Source of the DNA: a virus
DNA length: 64,000 bases
Reading direction: 5' to 3' (one strand)
Virus record (IMG/VR): IMGVR_UViG_3300027788_000008
Coordinates: 11,279-75,278 of that record
The notes beneath the pieces are model-generated. The model searched no databases. It was not told where the DNA came from and saw nothing but the letters and a program-made list of their open reading frames with translations. Positions 8,798 to 19,600 of this stretch are shown piece after piece. The stretch's first letter is position 1. Each line of letters opens with the position of its first letter. A program made the translations under genes and the position numbers.

Positions 8798-11199
8798 CAA
8801 CTAACAATAACAAGATTACAGATCGTCTCGCAGCAGAGGGTGGACTTGAGAAAGAATCCACCACTGGTATCGGTCGTGATGGCATGGCAGATCCAACAGG
8901 AGAATATCCCCTCCGAGACAACTGGTTCAACTCGAGCGTCAGCAACGTTGCACGTGGAATTGTGATCAATGAATTATGGATGGGCGGTTCAACTATGGGA
9001 GTGAGTTTCGACATACCATATGCCACTACATCAATATTCCCGTTTAACCAAGCAAACACAACGCCTTCTGGACACTCCTTTGAAATAGACGACACCCCAG
9101 GAAATCAGAGAATACTCATTAAGCACCATACTGGCGCTGGTGTTGAATTGAAGCAGGATGGTTCTGTTGTTCTCGTTTCGCGCACCCACCAAGTACAGGT
9201 CATCGGTGCCGACCATGAATTGGTTGTTAGTGGACAAGGAAACTTGACATACAATGGCGATCTAAATCTGACTGTCAACGGGGACTACAATGTTGATGTT
9301 GGCGGCACATATAATATGCGAGTAGGTGCTAATTTCAATCACTCTGTCAACGGATCTCACCTGACTGAAGTTGGTGATATCCACAGCACACTTGTTCGTG
9401 GCAACAAAGATGTGAAAGTTTGGGGCGATACGTTCAACTTTTATTCCTCAGAATTGAAGGTTGTTGCAAAGAAAGACATTCGTACCATTGTCGGACAAGA
9501 CTTCATAGTCAATTCAGCAAGGAATGTGAGACTTACTTCTGAGGATACTTTCTCAACCTCATCAGGCACTCGCGCCGTTATTTCTGGCGGAGACGTTGTA
9601 GTCACTGGTGCCACTGGTAAGATCGGCGGCGCGAACTTCCACTACACGGGTTCACTATATACCGGACCATCAGATGATAACGGTTCAGAGACTATATTCC
9701 AAGGCAACCTCGTGGGTCGTGCTCTGGAAGCATGGACCTCAAAGTTCTCGAAGTATTCTGAAGAATCTTTCCACTCACATATCTCAAACTATGCAACCAA
9801 GGCGGAATTTGCTGATGAAGCAAATGTGGCAATTTGGGCCGATGAATGCAACCTAGCCAACTCAGATAATTCCGGCGTCACCCCGCCAGAACCCACTCTA
9901 GAGTATGCTGCTTGGACCGCCGGAACAGCACAGGACGCAAGATCGCATCTTTCTCCCAGCGCAGATGATGGTGAAACACCTGGACCAGAATACCAGTTCG
10001 ACTGGGGTTGGAGAGTAGAAGAGAAAACTGTCTTCGATCAGGCACAATCTAGAACAGATTATACCGATGTCACTCCAAATTATTCTACCAGTAGGGAATG
10101 GTGGGAAGTATACAATAAGTTGTCTCCATATGCTGTGCGTAAAGTGGTTATTGACCCCGACAGCACCCTAGAGAATAAAATTTCAAAACGAGACGAATAC
10201 AGCATGTATTTTAGCTGGTCGCCGTCAACGTCAGAGATCCGGTCAAAACTAAGAGTGATGGACGGTGGTCAAGATAGTCGGACTGCACCAGAAAAACAAA
10301 CAGATGGAGAAAAATGTATACGATCTCTATTAGAAGAGAACAGAATATCTTCTTCCTATTCCCAGCGTCTTCCAGCTGTAGAGTATTCTACAACAAGGAC
10401 TGGCCAGCAAGAACCAACGCCCCGATTTGGATACACTCTTCTCGGCAACCCAATAGAACGTTCGTCAAAAACATTCACTCCAAAGAACAGGGGTGCCGCA
10501 TCTCGCACCATAGTCGCCGATCCTATATACAACCCAGACCGCCACAGTCGACCAATAACGAGTTCGACCAAGTTGTCTCGCTCGAATAGCGTTTCGAAGT
10601 TTCTCGGTGCACCTGGATCTAAATGTTCATTGGATTCTATTCCTCTGCTCGCCACCAGACAAGACCTTGCACGGCAATGGTACCTGCACGCTTGGTTGAT
10701 GGAAGGTGTTTCTACGATCAAAGATTTCTCATCTTATAGGTTAGATGTGACTGAAGGTTACTACAAACCAGCGCATGGTATAAGGGAAGCATATAAACCA
10801 ACTGAAACACTAGATAAAAAATATTGGCGCGAACCATTTAAGTCTACAGATAGTCCGTCAATACATCGTTCCATAGTCACTGACACGCCCAGCATTGCTG
10901 AGTTAAAAAACAATGGACGGGCAGTTGTGTACACCTTATACAACTCCGTGGGCAAGGTTGATTTTGGCGCAACATTCGATCTCTCTCTGCATATAAGAGA
11001 CATGTTCTTCTTCGACCAACTGAGTATTGACTACGATGAGACCAATCCAGATGGGACACTATCCCAACAGATTATTATTGTTATGCCCAAGATCACCCCT
11101 TCGTTTGAAGCAACCTTCGAAATGAAAGTCTGTTCATACTATAATAGGTCCATCTATGGTGGACATGATCTGGTCGAAATCACCAAAAACTCTGGGTAA
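8794..11199 (+). CDS. g5: gp5 C-terminal half: spike beta-helix plus C-terminal extension (degenerate peptidase M15-like)
   Basis: DPTGEYP, FPFNQANTTPSGHSFEIDDTPGNQRILIKHHTG, and VxGD/N beta-helix repeats (LTVNGDYNVDVGGTYNMRVG). Confidence 0.8.
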   Translation: MTTNNNKITDRLAAEGGLEKESTTGIGRDGMADPTGEYPLRDNWFNSSVSNVARGIVINELWMGGSTMGVSFDIPYATTSIFPFNQANTTPSGHSFEIDDTPGNQRILIKHHTGAGVELKQDGSVVLVSRTHQVQVIGADHELVVSGQGNLTYNGDLNLTVNGDYNVDVGGTYNMRVGANFNHSVNGSHLTEVGDIHSTLVRGNKDVKVWGDTFNFYSSELKVVAKKDIRTIVGQDFIVNSARNVRLTSEDTFSTSSGTRAVISGGDVVVTGATGKIGGANFHYTGSLYTGPSDDNGSETIFQGNLVGRALEAWTSKFSKYSEESFHSHISNYATKAEFADEANVAIWADECNLANSDNSGVTPPEPTLEYAAWTAGTAQDARSHLSPSADDGETPGPEYQFDWGWRVEEKTVFDQAQSRTDYTDVTPNYSTSREWWEVYNKLSPYAVRKVVIDPDSTLENKISKRDEYSMYFSWSPSTSEIRSKLRVMDGGQDSRTAPEKQTDGEKCIRSLLEENRISSSYSQRLPAVEYSTTRTGQQEPTPRFGYTLLGNPIERSSKTFTPKNRGAASRTIVADPIYNPDRHSRPITSSTKLSRSNSVSKFLGAPGSKCSLDSIPLLATRQDLARQWYLHAWLMEGVSTIKDFSSYRLDVTEGYYKPAHGIREAYKPTETLDKKYWREPFKSTDSPSIHRSIVTDTPSIAELKNNGRAVVYTLYNSVGKVDFGATFDLSLHIRDMFFFDQLSIDYDETNPDGTLSQQIIIVMPKITPSFEATFEMKVCSYYNRSIYGGHDLVEITKNSG

Positions 11200-11254
11200 A
11201 AACCCAGTGTAGCAACTTTGATTTCGACTCAGTTCAAATCTCTCTCCGAACCTG

Positions 11255-11262
11255 TATAAATA
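11255..11262 (+). promoter_or_regulatory. T4-type late promoter TATAAATA (upstream of gp25)
   Basis: Exact gp55 consensus in the intergenic region; gp55 is encoded in this window. Confidence 0.85.
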
Positions 11263-11288
11263 AATACATAATACAAAGGCAGAGAAAT

Positions 11289-11786
11289 ATGGCATTACAA
11301 AGAATCGTTCCTGGACTTTCTAAAAACACGAAGATCACTACAAAGATAAAGTTGTTCTCTGATGTAGATCTCTCTTTCACAGCAAAACAAGGAAGTGAAG
11401 ACAATGGTAATGGGGTGTTCCGAGGCGACCTATATAAGAAGGTAGATGCAGCTGCTGTAAAACAGTCGGTGCAGAACATTATACTAACCAATCAACTCGA
11501 GAAACCGTTTGAACCAAAATTTGGAGCAAACCTGAGATCGTTTTTGTTTGGATTGTCAAGTTCATTCTCTGATGATACGATCAAAGATCAAATCAAAACA
11601 CAGGTAGAACGATGGGAACCCAGAGCAAAAATTACTGATGTGATTTTCTTTAATGGCCAGACATTAATCCCTCTAGGCACAGGCGACATCTCTACCCACT
11701 TCGACAACACCATAAGAATCGTGATTGAATTTGATATAAATAATAAAGGATTCTCCACCTCTGTACAATTAAATAGGTTTCGATAA
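11289..11786 (+). CDS. g25: Baseplate wedge subunit gp25
   Basis: FSDVDLSF, AVKQSVQNIILTN..EKPFEPKFGANLRSFLF, ERWEPRAKI. Confidence 0.92.
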   Translation: MALQRIVPGLSKNTKITTKIKLFSDVDLSFTAKQGSEDNGNGVFRGDLYKKVDAAAVKQSVQNIILTNQLEKPFEPKFGANLRSFLFGLSSSFSDDTIKDQIKTQVERWEPRAKITDVIFFNGQTLIPLGTGDISTHFDNTIRIVIEFDINNKGFSTSVQLNRFR

Positions 11787-13687
11787 TGAGCACCACAATA
11801 AAATCTACCGAATTAGATTTCCAGAACATAAAAGAATCCCTAAAAGAATTCCTGAAATCGGGTGAAGAATTTAATGACTTTGATTTTGAAGGTTCTGCTC
11901 TAAATAATATACTTGATGTGTTAGCATATAACACACACTACAATGCCCTACAGACAAACTTTGCATTGAATGAGTCCTTTCTTGTGACTGCACAATTGAG
12001 ACCATCTGTTGTTTCTCTTGCAGAAGGATTGGGTTATGTTCCTGATTCGAAGAAGTCTTCTGTGATAACCGTAAAACTGACAATCGACGCAACTGGAGTT
12101 GCTGGACTCCCCCCTACCGCTATAACAATTACTCCAGGACAGCTGTCTACACGCGGCACACGAGATAGGATAGACTACACATATACTAACCGAACCAGTC
12201 TCAGAGCAGATAAAAGTACTGGTGTTTTTACATTTCATCCGATTTCTTCTCCAGACGATCCTATCTTATTATATGAAGGAGATCCGCAGAAGGTACAATT
12301 CATTGTTGGCAATTCTGCAGATTCTATATATATTATTCCCGATAAAGATATCGACATCTCAACAGCAATTGTTAAAGTTTTTGAGAACCAAGGTTCTGCC
12401 AATGTGGAGAATGGAGAATACTCGGTGTATACAAATCTTTTAGACGCGTCTACAATCAGTTCTGGTTCTCGTCTATATGTTCTGCGTGAATCGCCTAACA
12501 CTTTCTTTGAACTTTCCTTTGGTAATGGCACCTCTTTGGGACTGACCCCACAAGCAGGAAACGTTATTGAGGTTGACTATCTCCGAACAAACGGGTCTGA
12601 ACCCAACGGGATTGCCTCACTATCTTTAACAGCAGATCTTTACCTTGGGGAAATAGCGATAGAACCCGACAAAGTTGGTATCAGTGTAATAAATCAAGCA
12701 TCGGGAGGCACCCCCAAAGAAGGAATAGAATCAATTAGAAAGAATGCCCCATTCCAATTTGCCGCACAGAATAGAATGGTGACCGCTGATGATTATTCTT
12801 CCTTGATCTTAAAGAAATATTCTCCTTTCATAAAGGATATCCAATCTTGGGGTGGTGAAGATAACCCAGACCCTGATTATGGTACTGTGTTTACTTCAAT
12901 TGTCTGGAAAGATAATATAAATGCTACGACCCTGGCCAATACGAGACAGGGCATATTAGATTTATCCGACCAGTTTCAAATAGCATCATTCAAACTAACA
13001 TTCACCGATCCTGTCGTGACTTATATTTCTACTGAAGTTTTTTATCAGTTCAATCCTGCATTGACGGGATTGTCTTCTTCGAAAATCCGCGAGACGGTTC
13101 TAGATACAGTCTCTGATTATTTTGATAATAACACTGGAAAGTTCTCACAAACATTCAGACTATCAAACTTGCTGACAGAGGTGGATGCTGCTGATCCATC
13201 TGTGTTATCTTCTCGTGCCAATATTATCCTGAGTAGAAGAATAATCCCTCAGCTGTTAACTACTCGAGACTATGTGGTTAATTTCCCTGCTGCTCTTAGA
13301 GATCCTGAACTCTCAACTGTAAAGACGGTGTGGTCATCTAATTTCACATATAATGGCGGCAGTGTTTTCATCAGAAACAAACTAGACCAAAGGACTGTTG
13401 CCGCGAGCGGAGAATATGGTTCACAACCATCAAATGTCTTACAGGTGGTGGGAGTTAGCACAGGACAGGTAGTGGTAGACAACATTGGTACATATGATGA
13501 TGTACTGGGCACCATTTCTATCACTGGATTAAGAGTGCAAGACATAGCAGGATCTGTTAATTTTATACAGATGTTTGGTGTTCCCGCCAACCAGTCTGTT
13601 ATAAACTCTGTTAGGAACAACATAATAGAATTTGACACAGTAACGGATACATCTTTCGCCACCCCAATCGTCGTCGAAACAAGGTAA
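11786..13687 (+). CDS. g6: Baseplate wedge subunit gp6
   Basis: ELDFQNIKESLK.FL...FNDFDFEGSALNNILDVLAYNTHYNA, FGNG..G..P, AQNRMVTADDY, WGGEDN..PDYG. Confidence 0.95.
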   Translation: MSTTIKSTELDFQNIKESLKEFLKSGEEFNDFDFEGSALNNILDVLAYNTHYNALQTNFALNESFLVTAQLRPSVVSLAEGLGYVPDSKKSSVITVKLTIDATGVAGLPPTAITITPGQLSTRGTRDRIDYTYTNRTSLRADKSTGVFTFHPISSPDDPILLYEGDPQKVQFIVGNSADSIYIIPDKDIDISTAIVKVFENQGSANVENGEYSVYTNLLDASTISSGSRLYVLRESPNTFFELSFGNGTSLGLTPQAGNVIEVDYLRTNGSEPNGIASLSLTADLYLGEIAIEPDKVGISVINQASGGTPKEGIESIRKNAPFQFAAQNRMVTADDYSSLILKKYSPFIKDIQSWGGEDNPDPDYGTVFTSIVWKDNINATTLANTRQGILDLSDQFQIASFKLTFTDPVVTYISTEVFYQFNPALTGLSSSKIRETVLDTVSDYFDNNTGKFSQTFRLSNLLTEVDAADPSVLSSRANIILSRRIIPQLLTTRDYVVNFPAALRDPELSTVKTVWSSNFTYNGGSVFIRNKLDQRTVAASGEYGSQPSNVLQVVGVSTGQVVVDNIGTYDDVLGTISITGLRVQDIAGSVNFIQMFGVPANQSVINSVRNNIIEFDTVTDTSFATPIVVETR

Positions 13688-13692
13688 TATAA

Positions 13693-16600
13693 ATGTCTCT
13701 TGATAAAACACTCACTGATTTAAATCGTAGAGACCTTACGTTCGAGCGATATGATGTTTATGATGCTCTACCCGAGCACTTTGATGAAAAGTATCCCAAT
13801 TTAGTTCTTTTCCTCCAGGCATACTACAAAAGTCTAGAGGATAAAACAAATCCTGTTTCTAAAATTAAAGAACTCATGGTTGCGAGGGACATAATACAAA
13901 CTAGAGCAGAGTTTCTTTCTTTCATAGCAAGCGAACTCCTTCTGGGCAAACCATATTTTGAAGCATTTGCAGATAAACGTTCTGCCCTGCAATACTCCAG
14001 TTTGTTGTATCGCTCCAAAGGTACTGAGTTCTCCATTAAGCAGTTCTTTCGCATTTTCTTTTCTGTTGACATTGAGGTGAATTATGGCAGGGATGAAATG
14101 TTTATCATCGGCGAACCCTCTTCTGAGATGCTCGAGTATGTGGGCATCGCCGCTGGTGAATCTATGTTCGACTATACATTTCCCAATGGTGACTTCAATA
14201 TCATCTGTGAAGTCCCCGCTGCCCTTCAATCCACTTATGGCGAATTCGCTCAACTGATTGCTGGAAAACACTACACTGTTGATTATTCAAATAGGAAGGT
14301 CACATTATTACCCCACGCCGGACTTGTCGCTGACGACGGCATTAACACCAAGTTGGGTATTCTTCCTACGGGAGTGAGACTCAGAATAAGAACAGAACTT
14401 CGATCGTACACCACAATTGGTTCTGACGCGACAAACAAGAAAATAACAGATAATGAGTTTTATCAGTTATACGGTCTCATGATATCTACTCCTTTATCTG
14501 TTAACATATGGAAAGATGCATATAAGACTTTTGTGCACCCAGCTGGAATGTTCTTGTCTGGGCAAATCTCACTAAGGTCGATATTCTCCTATGTCGATGT
14601 TTATCCGAAGAAGAAAGACCTAGACACTGGGGTGATATGGCAGATCAGTCTTGGGTTGGGGTCGATGCCCAATGCTACAATCCAACCACCACCACCACTC
14701 CTTATACAAGAGATGGCCCGTGTAATGCTCAAACAAGGAGGGTATGGGTTACACACTACTTCTTATCTCGAGATCGGACCAGGACCAAACGGTTATAGAA
14801 TACTGACTAGGGTAAATGACCAAATGGATATTTATTCAGTAGAAAACTGGCACACGCAGTATAACAACCTCGCTCGCGCTGATGATGTCAATGCCCGAAC
14901 ACTGGATGAAGAATCTGTTGACGGTGGACCAACACGTGGACCTGATATGTCCAACACAATCAACTTACTCGATGAAGATGTTTGGTACTATAACATCCTA
15001 CACCCTCAAACCAACTCACCAATATATGGGGGAAACTTTCAAGGAGTTTATTCTACTGGAGATCTTCAAACTGTTGCACCAACAGTTTCTGGAACACAGG
15101 CAGTAATGCTGGGCACGTTGTACGTTGATAATCTTACGGGCGACGATACTAATCCAGGAACCAGCGTGGCTCCTTACGCCACCATCGACCATGCCATGCG
15201 CTCGCTGGTTCCTGGATATACCACAGTCCTCATTGATAATGGACCATCGAACCCATATCGTGTTCACGACCGCCCCAGTACTGATTATCTTTATGTCAGT
15301 AATAAAACAGGCACAGCACTGAATCCAATAATTCTTTCGGGTGATCCAGATTCTCAGGCACACACGCGAAATGATCCAGATCGCCCAACAACTCAGTATA
15401 CCAATGCATATATCGTAGGCAGTCTCCACCTGACGGGTTGGTATGAATCCTTAACATACACTGATGTTTGGGAAGTCGCTAATCCATTCCCAGATTTTAC
15501 ATCAACCCAACTGTATGGTTGTACATACACAAAATGGACGGATGACGGAGTAGTTGGATTAGGAAGACTACTTCCAGGACTCGCCGCTGATAGTCTTTTA
15601 GAGGGAGAATGGTGGAAAGACTCGACCAAACTCTACTACAAACCCAAGGTCGACGATGTCCTATTGGGCGACACCGCCCATCACCTAGAATATTCGGAAA
15701 ACATGATCTTCAGTTTGAAACGTATTAAGCATATGACCTTTGACGGTCTATCGCTATCGCATGCTGCTGGTCCAGGTATTCGAACCGCCGGTGCTGGTGT
15801 CGTTCGTGATATAGACGATGATCTCATACAAGTTGAGGATTGGTGTAACGATATAACGATTCAGAATTGTTTCATCAGAGAAACCAGAACTGGCGTAATT
15901 TTATCCCAAGGATCTCGATACATAGTCCAAGATTGTGTAATATTAGATACCCAGAATGGTGGTATAGGGTTGATGGGCAGCAATGGAAACTGGCCTAATT
16001 CGAACTATTCATATCCAATAAGCAATACTCTGGTTCAGAATAATATAGTGGGTAGAACAAGAAATAATGATGGAATTTTCTATCACGCCAATAGCGAATA
16101 TGTAGACGATGTATTCAATGATGGACTCGGGCGCACGGATGATATCGGGGATAATCACAGAGCACTGAATAATATATGTTTTTCTTGTGCAGAGAACGGG
16201 TTCGACATTACTTCCGGAACTAGTATCTCACTAGAAGGAAATATTACCCACGATAATAACCAAGTTGGAATTTCTGTCGGGCACTATGCTAGAGATGTCA
16301 CTATAAGAAATCATCAAAGTATTAACGATGATGCTTCTCAGAATTACGGAGGAGCCTTTGGCATAAACGATTCACGAAACGTACTGATTGAAGGAGCTGT
16401 TGTTACTAATCCTGGTAGGATGTGTATATCTATCAGGAATGATGCGCAAAATATCGAGATCAAAAATAGCACATTTACTTCTGGAACAGATACTTCTCGT
16501 CTCGAGTTAATAGGTATTTTCACCGATGAATCCAAAGAATATAATGTGTCTCCTCGTGGCGGATTTCAACACGGACTCGCTACTGTGCCGCAACGTCCTA

Positions 16601-19600
16601 AAAATATCACCATCAAGGACAACACATTCAATATTGCTTTCGGCGGCATAAACCAAAACGCAAGCAGGAACAATTACTTCCCCGTGTTTGTAACGTTAAA
16701 CACGCTTCCGATCAGAGGATATAATTTCCAAATCACCGGAAATACATTTAACACATCCTCGAATAACATAGCATTCCAACCTGGATCCACTGGACTTAAC
16801 GACTTTGGTCCATATAAGGCGGTGAATACTTTGCCTGATCGAGATATTGGGGGACAACCAACAGTCCACGTGCAGTCGGCAAACCAGGAATTCTTTGCTG
16901 CTGGAAACTTTGGAGAGGGGGAACTTGCTGACATCTGGAACTTCTGGCCAACCGACGTAACTCCTGTGGGAAGAGATGGCAATACTAGCAAGGGTTTGAT
17001 ATTAAGCGGAAATGTGAAAGGAAATCTAACTCTTTATTCTTCCGCGCATCAACTTTCCTCCCACTGGGACGCCATAACAGTAGAAGGCGTGAATGGCGAT
17101 CCAGATGCTAGTTACAGGGAACGAACAAACTGGACAATCCCAACACCCTCGCAGATAGGAACATCTAGGGCAGTTGCTTACAAAGATACTTTAAATGCTA
17201 ATTTATCTGCACAAGCAGAGTGGTCTGGTGACCATAGAAACTCTGCTGGACCCATAGTCTGCGTTAATATCAACACCACTGCGTTTGGTTTAAGTTTCGT
17301 GTGGTATTCTGGTGCTAGTGGCACAGACTCCTTCCTTGCTCTTTTTGAGGTTGGACAACAAAGCGAAGACTTGAATCTTGTCGGCATCAGCGCAGCATAC
17401 CCACATGTTGACGGAACTTCTTTACGCTTACGAATGGATCTAGATCAAGGCGTATTAAAATGTTACGCAGGAATAAGACCTGTTGGTGGGTCTTCTCTTG
17501 TATCATCTACAAACCAATCGGCACTTACCCTGATACCCCTGACCGACGCTGAGGGTGGCACATCATTCTCTGACACATATAATGTAGAAACTAATAGTCC
17601 TGATTTGTTCTTAGCAACATACCATGGTGTTTATCTTATAAACAACCAAGAAGGCGGGGACAGAGATACTAGTATAGACTATGTGCATTATCCAAATTAT
17701 CTAAGAGATCTCCCCTCCCCGATACCTGCAGGGCGATATTTCAGAACAGAATTTACAGACCCAGATACAAGTCGCGCGACTCTAGATGGCACGCCTAATA
17801 CTTTATGGAGACTGACAAAAGATAAATCTATACGAGACTACATAAACTACCACAACACTCAGTGTTGGAGTCCTGATGGAAGATATATATGTATCGAACG
17901 TTGGACAACTGGCCCAGGTTCTGATAACTATTCCGCCGCTGGTGGCAAGGCCAGCATCGAAATTTGGATTATTGACCTCGAATTAGACAAGGAGTTTCGA
18001 ATAGACTCCGGCATGGCCCCACGCTGGGCGAACCTTAGCAACACGCTCTTCTTTGTGCATCGCACTGGAAACGGAGAGGACGTGTATAAGACTACTGCTC
18101 CATCAGGATTGGAAGTTAAACGGTTTGTTGTAGAGACTGGAGAACTTACCACCATATCTTATGGTGTTGAGGAACTGGGCGAGACTAATAGTGATGATAC
18201 ATACTTATATGGTGTCCAGCGTTACCGCTCAAGCGAACAGCAGAGTTCCGGCGACTATCTCTCGATTCCTGGACAGGAAAGGGTTTCTGTGCTTATGGAA
18301 ATTCTTCCAGATTCAACCTCACAACCTGTCAGATTTGGTGATGGTACAGGAAGTCGTCCTCTCCCCAGCCGAAACCACCCCGTCGTCATTATGAGGAACA
18401 AATTGAGAGGTGTAGACCAAGGAAAACCATTCACTCCCAGTCGAACTCACTCCGACCTTGATGGTACAAATATGCGCACCGGCACGATTTTCATTCAAGC
18501 AGGACATCAATCCTGGAATGGTGATGGATCCTACCACGTGGTAGGAAACTCTCAGGCACAAGGACGTAAATGGAATGAAAGTTATCCAAGTGATATGAAC
18601 AAATTGGCCAACGCAAGAACCTCTGACCCAGGACCATGTGGTCATAGTGGAAGGTGGATAGTATCACGCGGGACGATTTTAGATCTAAGGACAGGGGGTC
18701 ACTGGGAAATGTCCCATGGATATTCTAAAATAGTATATCCTTCTGGCACTGGAGATGTTTCTGAACCTTACGACCAAGATGCCAAAGGTAGTCCTGACGG
18801 AACAAAGGTTTGTCTTGTTAGCAACTTTGATCTCGAGAGCAAAGCGGTCACCCGCCCCACTATTCCAACAGGTCGGTCAGACGATGACATTACGGTTTTG
18901 TCTACTGCTAATTTTCCAGAAAGTGGTGATCTAGTTTTTGAGTCAGAAGTTATTGGATATTCTAGTAAAACACCAACATCCTTTAAAGGGATTGAACGAG
19001 GAAAGTACACTACCAAGGTGTATGGTGTAGAGGCAGGAAAACCTCTTACGCTTCTCGATTCTCGTATCTTAGCAGAACAAGACCGTGACGCTAGCAATAG
19101 ACCCAACTACATGGACGATACCAAATTCAACCCCAGTTCTGGTGACCTCCGCCACCAGAATCTGACAGACGCTTATGTTGTGGTCGTGCGCAAACCTGAT
19201 GCCCCACACCTTCGGGAACATCCAACCATCATCGGACAAATACAATTGATTCCTGGAGAAAACCACTGGGAAACAGCAGGTTATCGTATCTTCAAAGATG
19301 GGCAACCACTGGTTAGTGGCAGTGCAACTATAGACCCTGGAGCAACCATATCTCTCCCAGCTGGTGTTTACACTGCGACATCTGTCGAATATAACGGGTT
19401 AGAAGGCAAGATTAGTAACGAGATCACCACCACCACTACTAAGACACTAGACATCTTAGAAGAGATTCCAGGCGACTTCAGTTGGATAATTGAATTGTGG
19501 GTTGTTGTTACCGACGGCACCCCCGCATACACAACCGAGGCACTTGGTCTGGCTGCGCCTGAAGCGACCATGATTGAGTTTCATTATAGTGAAGGAGTAA

